Below are positions 14,127 to 29,289 of a stretch of 64,000 bases of DNA, in pieces (within the stretch, counting starts at the first letter, position 1; the number at the start of each line of letters is the position of its first letter). This DNA is from Eledone cirrhosa. Taxonomy: Eukaryota. Under the pieces are notes generated by a model. The model worked only from the letters and a program-made list of their open reading frames with translations, ran no database searches and was not told the origin of the DNA. The translations under genes were made by a program, and so were the position numbers. The stretch lies in the NCBI GenBank assembly GCA_964016885.1, contig OZ024740.1, forward strand, positions 112,530,001 to 112,594,000. The letters run 5' to 3'.

Positions 14127-14785
14127 GGGCGGTGGATTGGCAGTATCGGTAGAGGGTCGGACTCCATGCTTTGACGCATAGAGTTACGGCCCTTGCCATT
14201 CTGAGTTGAAATCCCGCCAAGGTTAACTTTGCATATCATCCTTACGGGGTCGATAAAATAAAGTACCAGTAATACACTGGGTAATTGCTGGGCTTGTGCC
14301 AAAAGTAGAAACAATTATTATTTGGTCCTTGTGGCCAATAAATGAAATCATCATTATTATTATTATTATTATTAAAGGGTGGTGGTTTGGCAGTATCGGT
14401 AGAGTGTCAGACACCATGCTGTGCAGCATAGAGTTATGGTCCTTTACGTTCTGAGTTCAAATCCCGCCGAGGTTAGCTTTGCCTTTCGATAAAATAAAGC
14501 ACCAGTAATGCACTGGTGTAATTGCTGGCCTTGTGCCAAAAATAGAAACTTTATTATTATTATTATTATGGGAAGTGTATTGGTAGAGCATCGGACAACA
14601 TGCTTTGTGGCATAAAGTTATGTCCCTTTATTTTCTGAGTTCGAATCCTGCTGAGGTTAGCTTTGCCTTTCATTCTTACGGGGTCAATAAAATAAAGTAC
14701 TAGTAATGCACTGGGGTAAATTTAGTTGACTTTCCCTTCCCTTCAAATTGCTGGCCTTGTGCCAAAAGTAGAAACAATTATTATT
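14127..14785 (+). mobile_element. Cluster of three head-to-tail family B SINEs separated by (ATT)n tails
   Basis: Three repeats of GGYGGTGGWTTGGCAGTATCGGTAGAG...CTGAGTTCAAATCC...GATAAAATAAAGTACCAGTAAT...GCTGGCCTTGTGCCAAAAGTAGAAAC starting near 14127, 14377 and 14570. Confidence 0.85.
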
Positions 14786-14929
14786 GTTGTTGTTGTCATC
14801 GCCGTCGCTGGCTTCACCGTTATGTGATTATATACACGTATCTACACAAATACATCTATTTAGGAATACATAAACAATTTGCATACATCCATATAAAATA
14901 CCCACAAATATAGCTGATTGTGTGTGCAC

Positions 14930-14982
<53 letters not shown>

Positions 14983-15495
14983 AAAGTCTCTATGAAATGC
15001 TATCAAATCACTTTCTGTTATTGTTTGTATCTAATCTGTCTGTCTTTATATTTTCACTACAACATACCTACCATCATTTACAAAGTTATTGTCTTACAAT
15101 TATTTTATGGGTTTTATTCACTTTTTCCTTACATTTTACTCCTACCCACTCCCCTCATAATTCTCTCCTTACAAAATCTATTCATTTTCTCACCAACAAG
15201 TAAAAGAGATGAATTTATTTACCATGGCTATTAGGCAGAGGGGGCTAGAGATATTATTCATGTCTGTCAGATACACTAATGCTTTTTTATCTGTAGTATA
15301 TTGATTATGGATGGCATTTTTCTCCACCTAGATTTTTCTTGGAAATTTTTATGTGTATGTATGTATGTGCATGTATGTATGTGTGTGTGTATGCATGTAT
15401 GTGTGTGTGTGTGTATGTGTGTGTGTGTATGTATGTGTGTGTGTAGGTATGTATGTGTATATGTGTCTGTGTGTGTGCGTATGCGTGTGTATGTA

Positions 15496-15538
<43 letters not shown>

Positions 15539-16097
15539 GTGTGTATTGTTTGAATGTGAGTGTATATATGTATTTACAGACTATGATCACATGCATATTT
15601 TGATATATATATATATATATATAACTACATATATAAACATATACAACATATTGTTATTGGTATTATTCCAATACTAAAAGGTTTATCATATAGTAAAATT
15701 TGACTGTGGTTAGTATATTATCATCATTTTATGTTTGCCTTCCATTATGGCATAAGGTGGACGTTCATTCCTTCTGGTATGAGGACCTTATTTGATGTTA
15801 CAGCCCTTCTAGATAGGTTGGAGGACTACATCTCACTTGTACATTCCATTTTGGTATGATTTCTATTACTGAATGTCCTTCTTAACTCTAAATTACTAGG
15901 TGCATTTTATTGAATCTCCATTGGGAGATTGCCATGCATTACAAGACTATCCATATTGTCTCTGTTCAATCATCAGCTAATTTCTCATCGTGTATTTTGT
16001 GTATTTTATGGTGGGATGATCACTAGAGTGGTTGCCTTGTCCAAAACATCTATATTCTTCACAGTCTTCATTGTTTGGGAACAAATGTGTCCTACAG

Positions 16098-16299
16098 CAG
16101 ACATGTCAAACATGTGGCCCTTTATAAGCACACCTGTGGCCCATACAAAGGTTTTTACAGCGTGACTATGTTTTATCTTCGTAATATAAGACAAACAAAA
16201 AAATTAGTTGTAATGTGTGTAATTAGTTGTCATGTGTGGCCCTCAGACAATACATGTGACCCATGTGGCCCTTGGGTGACGCTCAGTTTGACATGCCTG
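16098..16299. mobile_element. hAT (Charlie-like) non-autonomous element / MITE
   Basis: TIRs CAGACATGTCAAAC / GTTTGACATGCCTG. 8-bp TSD TCCTACAG / ACCTACAG. Subterminal TGTGGCCC motifs. Confidence 0.8.
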
Positions 16300-16734
16300 A
16301 CCTACAGAATGAGGAGGAAGTGCCAGAGCATCAATTACCACAAAATCAACATTATATCTGTACTAGAATCAGTGTTTTTCAATTAAGCTTTTAAGCTAAA
16401 CAACCTTCCAGATATTTGACAATTTTATATATCAGTAGCAATTTGTGAAGCTTTCCATATTTTAAGGTCATCCAATCTATGCAAGCATGACAAAACAAAA
16501 ACCAAAGTGGTGATGATGTTGGGGGTGGTGATGGTGGTTAGGGACCTCTACATTTATAAAACCAGCAACACACACAGATTTATGCCTATATGATATACTA
16601 ATAGCAACAGTTCTCTGTAGAGCTAGCTTCAATACATGTGTGTTTATACATGTAGTCAAAGCTATATTATATACGAATAACAACATCTACATATATGGAA
16701 TTAGCAAATCCTCACCCCACATATATATCAATCG

Positions 16735-16982
16735 ACAGCTGATCGACAAAATCCTAGACCTCATTCACTTAACGAGTGGAGTGGAGCTCGTCAAATCGGA
16801 CCAAGGAAGCAATGTTTCCATTGGTCTTTCCAATGCTAATACTATCTGTCGGTCGCAAATCCACTCAGAAGGAGCAACATGAAATAAAGTGTCTTGCTCA
16901 AGGACATAACGCATCGCCCAGTCCGGGTATCGAAATCACAACATCACGATTGCAAATCCAATTCCTTAACCACTCAGCCATG
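16735..16982 (-). mobile_element. Diverged CORE-type tRNA-derived SINE
   Basis: Minus strand TGGCTGAGTGGTTAAGG...TTCGATACC followed by GTCCTTGAGCAAGACACTTTATTTCATGTTGCTCC. Confidence 0.7.
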
Positions 16983-18503
16983 AGCTTTCACATATATATC
17001 AATAGGAACTAATATATGTATAGAACTAACAACTACACATGCACACACATATTTAAATGTACATAAACACCCATATTTTATACCAGAAGTTTCCAACTTT
17101 TTTTGCGTCCTCACCAACTGTCATGGAAAATGTTTCCACTGCCCACCTGTATAGTAAATATTCAAAAGCATACAAAAAATGCTTGGTAAAAGTTTGTTAG
17201 TGGTTCGTAAAATAATTTTTATGGTGTAGTAAAAAATATACCAAAGGGAGGTAACAAATAACACTGATTTATGGGGCTGCTAATACCATATTAATGAAGA
17301 AATGAAAGCAAAATTGACCATATAAAACTGTATTTAATTAAATTAAATTATATATGATATAATTTAGTTTTATGGTCAAGGTTAGTAAATGTGTTGCTAA
17401 GAAAAAAAAAATTATATTTTGAAGCAATCAGAGAAGTGGATAGTTGAGTGTTTTGAAACAAATTATTGTTGTATCATACAGTTTGACAACATGAACAAGG
17501 CAGTTGCCTTTTGACAACCATCATGCAGCAATACATCCCTAAACCTACTGTTGATATTTTTTGCCAGTAAATATTTGTGGGGAGTCAAACTGAACTGTTA
17601 AAACAGGATGTGAAAGTTAAAGTTTTAGGATAGAAGAGAAACCTTTGTATCTACCTACCATAGCATGCCCTCCATCTGATGCACAGGCAACAATATTGTT
17701 CAATGGATGTTATACTCATTAAAGCAGAAGTTCTCACGGCCATGTAATACCCTCAGTGCGCCCCAACCCTATTTCCAGAGAGACCTGCCTACATGCAAAT
17801 TGTAAATAATATATAATAAGTAAAATCGTTAATTTATACATAATAAATAATATAATATATACTATGTATAAATAAATATTATATATTATATATTTTACTA
17901 TATTTTTATATATATATTATTTGATATTTAATATACTATTATATCATCTCTACTGCCTTCCACTGGCCCCTAAGGCCCTAACTCCCCCCTCGACCTTCTC
18001 AACGCCCCCCGGGGTAGGGCAGTGGCATCCACATTGAGAACTTCTGCATTAAAGAATAACTTCAATAAATCTAAAATAGGTGTACCATTTGAGTCAAGCA
18101 ACAATTGATTAGTGAACAACATCTCACAAGGTTGAATACTTAAAAAAACGAACATCCACCATCATTAATGATAATAATGAAAATATTGTGTACAGTGCTC
18201 AGGTGCACTACAACTCATCAAAAAGTGTATGTATAGTACATAGGTTAATGTACAAATTAAGCATTGAATTCCCACAAAATGTTATGTAAGAACCATTGTT
18301 AAGTTATGCTCCAAACATTAGCTTGATAATGAGAAAGTTAGTTATATTACTAAATTCATCAATCCATGATTAGTTTCCAAATAATTTGAAAATTATAGGC
18401 AATATATTTCATTAGAAATATGAAAATGAAAGGAAGAGTTAAAATAATCCATAGACAGAACCAGGACATTTGAATTACGGATGCAATCATCCATTGAATA
18501 AGG

Positions 18504-19084
<581 letters not shown>

Positions 19085-19099
19085 ATATATATTTTTTTT

Positions 19100-19424
19100 T
19101 CATCATTTTACGTCCGCTTTTCCCTGCTTGCAAGGGTGGGACAGGAACTGATTCTGGCTTGATTTCTACAGCTGGATGCCCTTCCTAACACCAACCTCAT
19201 TTACAGTGAGTGCTGGGTGCCTTTTTTCCGTGGCGCCTCCACGTCCACTTTGCAGTGGAATTATAGGGACCCCAGTCCCTATCATCTCATTTCTACAACT
19301 GAGTAAACTGGAGCAATGTGAAATAAAGTGTCTTGCTCAAGGAAACAACACATCACCCAGTCTGAGAATTGAACTCACAACCTTTCGATTGCCCAATGCT
19401 CTAACCACTAAGCCATGTGCCTCC
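19100..19424 (-). mobile_element. Family A SINE, inverted tail-to-tail with the previous copy
   Basis: Reverse complement of 18740-19084 with few differences. Confidence 0.88.
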
Positions 19425-20475
19425 TATATATATGTGTGTGTGTGTGCATGCACAGACAATCTCTATCTCTCTATCTCTCTCTCTCTCTGTATACACACGT
19501 GCGCACACACACACACAGACAAACACATATATATATATATATATGGCAAAAATGATTGGTGTGGGGGTTGTTTAGAGACTGGGAATTGATGATGTGAATA
19601 AGTTCAGGTGGTACTTGTTATTTTGGGTTCCACCAGAGAACCTTTGGATGTATCATAATCTATTCAATATGTTGTACACACACACAGAGACACGTCTGTG
19701 TCTGTGTGTGTGTGCATTCATTTCCTAATTATAAGTTCTGTGTTCTCATTTGGTACGTGTGTGTATGTGTGTGTGTGTGTGTCTTCTTTGATTTTGTTCT
19801 CAGCATGTGCGCCTGCACACACATACACAAACACTCACGCACACACACTCATTCTTTCATTCTATCTACCTATCATATATAGAAAAATATCTTTCTCATT
19901 TCATTAATGTCTAAAGGGGTCTCTAAGCACGAGAGAGACTTAAGATGTTTCTTTATACCAAAGAAGGAAACATTTCTGTTCTCTGCTAAACAGAACACTG
20001 TAGCCTTTTCACTGCAGCTTCAAATCCATCAATGAGTCAAAGCAAGTATATATAGCCCCTTCAGGGGCATATATAATATATAAGGGAGGGTTTTGATATT
20101 CCTATGTAGAAGTTATCATCACAATGACTATGAGAACTTATATGGAGTAGTTTAGCTGGGAGACATCATTAATTTTGTTTCATTAACCGAAGTTATTTTT
20201 TTAGGTCAAAGGTTGTGGCATGCAAACTTCTTTTCAGGTGGTGGAGTGTATATGTGTATGTGTTATTTTTTAAAACTTTTTTGCTCTTTGTGGTATATAA
20301 AACATCAAATCTAATTCATTTGATACCCATGTGTTTATGTATGTATGTATGTGTGTGTGTATTTGTATGTATAAATACATACAAAATGCAAACAAAACTT
20401 AATATATATATATGCATATATAGATATGTATGTATGCATATATATATATATATTTAAATATATATATCTGTGTGT

Positions 20476-20518
<43 letters not shown>

Positions 20519-20540
20519 TATATATATATATGTATGCATG

Positions 20541-20588
<48 letters not shown>

Positions 20589-20692
20589 CATGTATTTATA
20601 TCAGCATTTATTTGTAATGTAAGTATATGTTTCTGAGGATGTGGCTAGAAATATACATGGTTGGATATTGATGTGTGCGTGCGTGCGTATAT

Positions 20693-20851
<159 letters not shown>

Positions 20852-21398
20852 ACCTCACAAAGGTGATAACAAAGGAAATAAATAAGTGGAGAGATACTGC
20901 ACTTTTTGCTAAGCCATACAAGCATTGGAGGAAAAGAATGTAAAATCAATGATGATAATGATATTTGCGTGAACATCAGAAACTTAGAAGTTTTAACTCA
21001 AGGATGCAGGCATAGCTTTAGAGTTAAGCAGTTTACTTCATAATCATGGGGTTCTTGCTTTAGTCCTACAGCTCATGCAGCAATGAATATACTATAGTTT
21101 CTACAAAGAGATCTTCTATATATTAAACTTGTAGTAGTATGTAATGTCAGCATATTTAGGAGTCCTAAATGTGATATTTTCATTTATCATTATGAAAGAC
21201 ATTAGTTATTCTGTTTTATCTTGTGAAAATTATTCCTAGTTACCTTATATACTTGAATATAAGCTATCCCCTCCCCATTTTATGTCTGAGAACTGGGCAA
21301 AAATCAAACCCTATTTATAAGCCTGGGCAGCTAATAAACACATTGATTAGATGGGATATATTTTACCATTGTTTTATATTGGTAACATATTCCTTGGC

Positions 21399-21590
21399 CA
21401 GTGCTGGATTTAGGACAAATGAGGCCCTGTGCTAGTTAAGTTATGAGGCCCTTATTTTGGCCCTTATTTTGGCCCTGAAGGAGGTAGGTTGGCCTGGTAA
21501 AAAAAAATTGTTTGACAGCAAGATGGGCCTCTCTGGCCAATGGGGTCCTTTGTTTAAGCACACCTAAGCACAATGGTAAATCCGGCACTG
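21399..21590. mobile_element. hAT-like MITE
   Basis: TIRs CAGTGCTGGATTTA / TAAATCCGGCACTG. Imperfect 8-bp TSD TCCTTGGC / TCCTCAGC. Internal GGCCC repeats. Confidence 0.75.
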
Positions 21591-21716
21591 TCCTCAGCTC
21601 ATATTCATGTATAGATGGTTACATGGTAAATTTACCAAATGCAACTACCTACTGGTTCAAGAGTTCTTTTAGGGGAGTTCACATTATTGCAAGTATTTGG
21701 AACAGGCACCTGGTTC

Positions 21717-21960
21717 CTGTAGACATTGAACAAATTAAACATCAACTGTTATCATTCTCACCAGTCTTGTAGGTCTGGTAAAGAAGGCCATGGCTACTGT
21801 AGACATTGAACAAATTAAACATCAACTGTTACCATTCTCACCAGTCTTGTAGGTCTGGTAAAGAAGGCCATGGCTACTGTAGACATTGAACAAATTAAAC
21901 ATCAACTGTTACCATTCTCACCAGTCTTGTAGGTCTGGTAAAGAAGGCCATGGCTACTGT
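21717..21960. repeat. 80-bp unit, 3 near-perfect tandem copies
   Basis: AGACATTGAACAAATTAAAC... starts at 21721, 21801 and 21881. Confidence 0.95.
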
Positions 21961-22482
21961 CACTCACTCCTCTCAACAATATTTTAATTTCTTTAGTTTT
22001 TTTTTTTAATAAATAAATTAGGATTTGGTTGATGAAAACTGCTAGTGTTTATCTCCCTACCACATCTCTTATCGTCCCTTACTTGCTCCCTGCTCTCCTG
22101 GAACCTCTTGTGCCTGCGGAAAACAGTCGCCCGGCTCATGAAAGTTAGTCGGTAAGCAATTTTGACCATCTCATAGGTTTCTGCAGCATTTTTTTCAAGC
22201 TTGACACAAAACTTTATTGCATTCGAACCTCCAAGTTGTTCTCACATCCTGACTGCATTGTGGAACCAGTCAACTGTGACAAGATGTGTATGATGGGTAG
22301 TATTTAAAGTGCTGTAGTGGCCCAAACCTTTGACCTGGAAAAAAAAAGATTTGTCATGTTAGCTTTTTATAACCATATCAAGGATGTATTAAAATGAGTT
22401 TCATAGGTCAATTAAAAGTACCTGGAAAAAAAAAAGTCTCAAAACATCTTGAGTATACCTTGTGTGTGTGTGTGTGTATATA

Positions 22483-22833
22483 TCATCATTCATCATCATC
22501 ATTTCATTTTACGTCCGCTTTTTCCCTACTTGCAAGGGTGGGACGGGAACTGATTCTGGCTTGATTTCTAGAGCTGGATGCCCTTCCGCCCTTCCTAACA
22601 CCAACCTCATTTACAGTGAGTGCTGGGTGCTTTTTTGCCATGGCACCTGCATGACCACTTTGCAGTGGAATGATATGGACCCCAGTACCTATCATCTCAT
22701 TTCTACAGCTGAGTAAACTGGAGCAATGTGAAATAAAGTGTCTTGCTCAAGGAAACAACACATCACCCGGTCCGAGAATTGAACTCACAACCTTTCGATT
22801 GCAGGGCCAATGCTCTAACCACTAAACCATGTG

Positions 22834-22835
<2 letters not shown>
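22483..22835 (-). mobile_element. Family A CORE-type SINE
   Basis: Full-length reverse-complement copy of 18740-19084. Confidence 0.85.
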
Positions 22836-22898
<63 letters not shown>

Positions 22899-23493
22899 GT
22901 ATGTAAGGTATACTCAAGATGTTTTGAGACTTTTTCTTTTTAGACACTTTTAATACATATATGTATATATATATAGTAGTAATAATAAATTTGAAGACTA
23001 AAATCCAATTCAGAAGATCCTGTTAAGAGTGAAAGCAGCGATTCTTTGCTTAAACTTTAATCTGTTATTTTAATAAATATATATATATATATAGTAAGAA
23101 GGTGAATAATTTTGTCTTTGCTGGTTGCCCAGATTAATGATATGGGTGAAAAGTCCAATTCCTTTATATAAAAAGGATATGGATACAGGCACACCACTAT
23201 CTTAATGTTGTGTTTGTCTGCAGAAAGAAATCTCTGATGTTTGAAAGTGAATTCCTGCCAGCTAAACGAATGAATGACTATATAACAAGTTGAAAATATT
23301 GGCTATTGATCTGAGAAAAACTGGCAGTGAGACTAACTCTAAACTTCTCTTTCTTTTGCTATCTCTTCAAGCTCTCTCTATCTCTTTATGTATGTGTGTA
23401 GTTATATATATATAGCCTATCTTTTCTTAACTCTCTCGTTCTCTCTCTCTTCAGTGCCTCTCCATTCTTCCTCCTTTATTCCATATATATATA

Positions 23494-23542
<49 letters not shown>

Positions 23543-23598
23543 CCAAACAATCCAGTATTGATCTGAAAAAGAAAAAGTATAACCCCTAGCTCTCTATC

Positions 23599-23735
<137 letters not shown>

Positions 23736-24394
23736 CTCTATCATCCACTGTCCAAACAGTCTGTTATTGATCTGTCAAAGTGCATTGCTATACTTGAGTG
23801 TGTTTTGTTGCTTCATCGGTCGGACAGCGTTTGTTTGACATTCAACAAGTGCTGAACCTCTTCACTTCTCATTACACCCCCTCTCCCTGCTCTCTCCCAC
23901 CTCTTGTTCATGTACACACATTCCATAGACCAATATACAAGCAATAGTTTACTCCACCGTATCAACAGAGCCTTACAAATATACTTCCATTAAGTAAAGC
24001 ACTGGGCACCACCAAGGGACCACTTGCCTTGTCTTAGTGTACAGTCGTTCATAAGAGGCTCTTAATGCTGCTACTGCAGATCCTCTCACCAATATCACTA
24101 CTTGGGAGGTGGTGTGTGTGTGTATGGAAATACGTGTGTGTATATGTATGCTTATATGTGTGAGTGGTTGTGTGCACATGTTTATGGAAATGCATGTGTG
24201 TGTGTGTTTATGTATGGATATGTATGTGGTTGTGTGTGTGTGTGTGCATGTGTATGAAAATGCATGTATGTGTGTGCATATGTATAGATGTGTGTGTGTG
24301 TGTGTGCATGTTTATGGAAATGTGTTTGTGTGCATATATATGGATATGTATGTGGTTGTGTGTGTGCATGTATATTGAAATGTGAGTGAGTGTC

Positions 24395-24433
<39 letters not shown>

Positions 24434-26545
24434 CTGCATGTTCTAATCAATATCACTACATGTGAGCTGATGCATACTTATTGTACACACACTCACACAT
24501 ACACACATATGCACAAGCACACATACATACAAGCACATATAGAAACACATGCTCACATGCTAGTGTTTATATGTATGATATATCATATTGGTTGTGGTGT
24601 GTCTCAGTGTGTGTGTGTATGTTTGGTTGAGTGGTTGAGATACTTGATAGATTTGGTTATAGTGACACTGAGTTGGGTGTCTGGTGGTGGTGGTGGTGGT
24701 GGTGGGAGTAGTGTGTGGGTCTAGTTTTTGTAGTGGTGCTGCCATTCCGGGAGTTGTATAAAACTAATGTAGGTGGTTCTGGTTTGGTGGTGGTGGTGGG
24801 TCTAGATTTATTTGTACTGTTGGTGGAGGTGCTGGGAGTTGTGTTAGGTGGCTTTAGTTGTAAGAGTAGTGATTGTACTGGGAGTTGTTTATGTAGTGTA
24901 GCTAGGTCTGGTATGGTGTGGTATGGTGCAGTATGGTATAGTTTGGTATGGTGTGGTGTCGTAATGATATAAAAGGGTGTGTTCTGGTGCGGTGTGGTGT
25001 AGAGTGGTATGGTCTGGTATGGTCTTGTCTGGTTTTGTATGGTATGGTCTGGTAATGGTATAGCATGGTATGGTCTAGTAATGGTATGGCATGGTGTGGT
25101 GTAGTATGATATGTATGGTATGGTTTGATGCTTTTCAGAAGTGTGAGGCTAAAAAGGAAATTTTTAATAAAAAATATAATAATATAATATATGTATTGAA
25201 ACAAAACAAAACAACAACAGTAAAAGAAGAACAGGCATAAACAAACAGTAAAATACATCATCATACTAGAACAGACATATTTACTTATTGAAGTGAAACA
25301 CTTTACTGGATTCAATCATATTTTCTTGTAAAAGTAAAGAATGGTGGGGTTGGTGGTGGGGTCGGTGGTGTATTGGCGGTGGGGAATGAATAAAAAACAG
25401 AAAAAAAAAGAAAGAAAAGAAAAAAAAGAATAGCCATAAATGGCAGTGGCTTAGCAAACAGCAAGATCAACACCAGTGATGGTGGTGGTATTGGTAGTGG
25501 TAGTGGTGGTGGTATTGGTGGTGGTAGTTGTATTGGTGGTGATAGTAAAAATCAAGGAAATATAAACAGCTTGTAACTTTTTATGGCAACAGTGAGAATA
25601 ATCGATGTCCCTTGCCCATAGACAGACATAGTTCAGTTCTCTTCTGAAAAATAGAAAGATAGAGATGAATAAAAGAGAGAATAAGCCTATTATTGTAATA
25701 GTTTGGGGATCGATGGATGTAGTGTAATGGTACGCATGCATACATATATATATATATATATAAATATATATATACCTACATATATACACACATACATTGT
25801 TCACACACATACCTACATCATACATCCATCCATACATACATACATACATACATACATACATACATACATACATACATGCATATATACATTCATGCATATA
25901 TACATTCATGCATATTTACATACATACATATATAGATATACACACATACACATATGTATGTACGTATATGGCTCATTCCACACATTGCTTTGTTTTGGAA
26001 TATTTCTGATTTCCTTTCACTGAAGATTCTCTTTTGCTAATGAAGCAACACTGTGTTTCACTGAGGTAGACTATTGAGATCCTGCAATTTATGTGATCCC
26101 TTGACTTTCTAAAAAAAGCAGTCAAATTACACACCTTAAAATTTTTCATCCAATCCTTTGACAGTATAAAGCATTGATGAAGCCTTTTTTTTTTAATGGC
26201 TGCTTTACTGCAATGAGTGACCACATCTATTGCTAGCTGGTAATATCTGCTGGCTTTAACTCATAACAATAGAATGCAGGATTTAAACTCAGAATACAAA
26301 GTGCTAAACCACATATCGCGAAACATCCTATTTAATTCTTTAATAATTTCACCAATCTAATGCCCATAAACTGGTATTTTATTTAACTGGAAGTATATAT
26401 GAAAATATATATAAACGTATATAATACACTCACATACAATAAACATATGGGTAGCCGCAATGCCAAAGAAAAAAATATATTTTCATAACGAAAAAAAAAA
26501 AATTTTATTTTTCTCTTTATTTCCTCAGTGAATATATCACCGAGT

Positions 26546-26630
26546 TGCCAGTATGTGTTCAAAATGTCAGAGAGCTGTTTCAAGATTTGTTAATTACTCA
26601 TCAGTAACACTCACTCAGAACATACTGGCA
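26546..26630 (-). ncRNA. Degenerate minimal type I hammerhead motif
   Basis: Minus strand GTGTTA-CTGATGA-(16 nt)-GAAA-CAGCTC-TC^TGACAT with a distal helix TGCCAGTATG:CATACTGGCA. Stem III is one change from the palindrome ACAGCTGT and stem II is weak. Confidence 0.5.
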
Positions 26631-26937
26631 TGAAATAGACTATAGTCTATATAGAATTTTGTATGATCAGTTGCTGGTGATGCTTATTTGCATATAGTAA
26701 AACAAGAAACATTGGCTGGAAGTGGTTATTTGAAAATAATAATTGACCTGAGCAGGACTTGAAATTAAAGCATAATAAGCCTGAACAAATATCAAGACAT
26801 TTTTAATCCAACTCCTAAAATACTCTGCCCAATTGCTGCCTTATACTGTATATAACTTGTATTTAACTTGTCAATATTAGGTTTTATGACTTACAACTAT
26901 AAAAAATATCTTTACACTTTTTTATTTTATTTTTCAG

Positions 26938-27000
26938 GTTGAGAGTGAAAGTATTGCTGCCAAAGATGGCCGCATCCACCCTGGAGATCAAATTCTGCAG
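26938..27000 (+). CDS. PDZRN3: PDZRN3/4-like protein, internal exon A (PDZ domain, VESESIAAKDGRIHPGDQILQ)
   Basis: Polypyrimidine tract plus TTTCAG acceptor, GTATTT donor, 63 nt, phase 0/0. The peptide matches the PDZ alphaA-betaD motif (SIAAKDGRI.GD.I.Q) of the PDZRN3/4 family. Paralogue assignment (PDZRN3, PDZRN4, PDZD4, Slip1) cannot be resolved here. Confidence 0.9.
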
Positions 27001-27044
27001 GTATTTCTTTGTTTCAGTTATCTCACCTGTTGCTTCATCTTATA

Positions 27045-28233
27045 CATCATCATCATCATCATCATTATCGTTTAACGTCCGTGTTCCATGCTTGCATGGG
27101 TTTGGACGGGGGTTTTCCCACTTGAGGCAAGAGAGGTTGTCTTGCTCGCATAGGACTGTCTGGCGGGTTTTCTACAGTTGGATGCCCTTCCTAACACCAA
27201 CCACATTTACAGTGTGGGGCTGGGAGGTTTTTACCGTGTTGCCTACACGGCCACATTACAGCGTGGACTGTCTGGCAGGTTTTCTACAGCTGGATGCCCT
27301 TCCTAACACCAACCACATTTACAGTGTGGGACTGGGTCGTTTTTACCGTGTTGCCTACACGGTCACATTACAGCGTGGACTGTGTGTTTTTTTTGTCGTG
27401 ACACCTACACGATCTCATTTGTTTCGGCCTGGATTTTGTGGCACCAACATAACTTTACATTGAAAGGAGCGGTGTGGATGGTGGGACGGGGGTGTATTTT
27501 GTTAGAGATGCCTACTGACTGTAGTAGGTTTTACTTTGTATTTAGGTAACGCGGGTCTTCTCTATTACTGAGTACCGCCAAAGCTCTCGGTCCAGTGACA
27601 TTGTCTTGGAGAGGTGTAAGTGTGTGAGGTCGGAATTTATGAGCTCGTCCCAGGTTTTTCTGGGTCTGTCTACTCCGTGGCTACCGTCTATCTTTAATGC
27701 CCTGCACTTTGTTATACAGCTGTCGTCTTTCATGCGCATCACGTGACCATACCAACGTAGCCTTCTCTCGAGTAGACATCTGATCCCTCTTATTTCTAAT
27801 TTTTTCCTTAGTTCGTTTATGCTTTGCCGTTCACGTATATTACTATTACACATCCAGCGGAGCATGCAAGCTTCGTTCCTCTCTAGTCTGCGTATATCCT
27901 CTGCACACAATGCCCAGGTCTCACTGCCATGCAACATTGCTGTTCATATGCAGGCATCATACAACCTGCCTTTCACTTTTAGGGAGAACCCTTTAGCGGC
28001 TAATAGTGGTATAAGCTCTCTGAACTTTTTCCATCCAGTTCTGACTCTAGCTACTGTACTTTCGGAGCACCCTCCCCCACTGCTGATTTTGTCACCCAGG
28101 TAACGGAAGCTGTCCACTATTTCTATAGAACCCTCTGCGCAGTTGAAAAAGCTAGTATTTTGTGGGCACTTGCTGCTACTTATTGCACCAGAGCACCGGC
28201 CACATGTAAAATCTGTGTTCTTAGTTAGCTTAC
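27045..28233 (-). mobile_element. 5'-truncated RTE-clade LINE (RT C-terminus plus 3' UTR and (GAT)n tail)
   Basis: Peptide MLHGSETWAL...RRLRWYGHVMRM...RPRKTW is nearly identical to the end of ORF 48082-49476. Short TACATCAT repeat at both ends. Confidence 0.92.
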
Positions 28234-29289
28234 ATCATGAAATATTAGAGTTCTTTATTATAAAAAAAAGGCATGTGGTCGAGTAGTAGGTACAGTGTTG
28301 AACTCACTGTCATTAGTTCAGGGGTTTGATTGATACCTAAACTAGGAAGCCATTTTGTGTTCTTGAGCAAAATACTTTATTTCATGTTGCTCCTTTTATC
28401 GGGCATTGTGATCAACATATAATATCAACAATGGAGAGACCGATTAAGACATTGTTTCCTTTGTCCAATCTGATGATAGGCTGTTTACATTTTTTTTTTT
28501 TTTTCATTCGAAAGGAGTCTGTATATGGTCACTTGACCTGCTAAAACTAGCAACAAAATCACCACCCCTGCCTTCCCACAATCACAGCCTATCATCTAAT
28601 ATTAGTGAATTAATAGGTTTCATATAATCAGTTGTTCCCCTACCCACAAATGTCTACCCTTGTGCTTATGTTAGAAATTATATTATTAACAAGTGTTTCA
28701 GTTCAGAGAAAATTAAAAGTTGAGGTTATGGTGCGGTACAATGGAGAGGAAATATGTGACATTTCAAGCAGAGCGCTTCATTTGATATTTCCTCTCACAT
28801 TACTACACCAACATATTTTAAGTTTTCCTCACACCAGTGGTACATTAATTCATTTCCTCATCTCATGTTCCTTGTTCTTTCACTTACTGCACTAATAGAA
28901 GCTGCAATTGATTATACAAATGTCTTACTGACTCCAGTGGTTTCCCCAAGGGTTTTTAGCAAAATCTGGGCCATGAGGGTTAGTTTGCAAGTCCTATTTA
29001 CAGGGTAGACAAGAGTATTTTATTAATGTATGGGGTAATTGAGGTTAATTTTTTCTTCTTAACATCAACTGTTCAGATAGATTTCATAATTATTCAGGGC
29101 AAACACACATACACACATGAATGACAAACATATTCACTGACATGTATACTAAAAACAATTGTGTAAACGCACACACCAAAACTATAAGCAGTTGGTTCAT
29201 GAGAATACCAACTGTTTCATGCACACACAATAAAAGGACCTTATACTTATATCTGATGGATCCTCCATCACCTTCCATGCCCCTAAAAT

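Noticed and set aside
22995-23050. Hammerhead-like CAGAAGA...GAAA; similar weak traces near 43770-43810 and 44253-44310
   Set aside because: Core nucleotides or stems are missing. Possibly decayed relatives, but not supportable.
23960-24110. Possible upstream or alternative exon of the PDZ gene
   Set aside because: Unique-looking sequence, but stops in the needed frame and no PDZ GLGF-like motif.
24600-25100. Long stop-free minus-strand frame (Thr/Pro-rich)
   Set aside because: CA-rich low-complexity strand with few stops expected, no start codon and no family resemblance.
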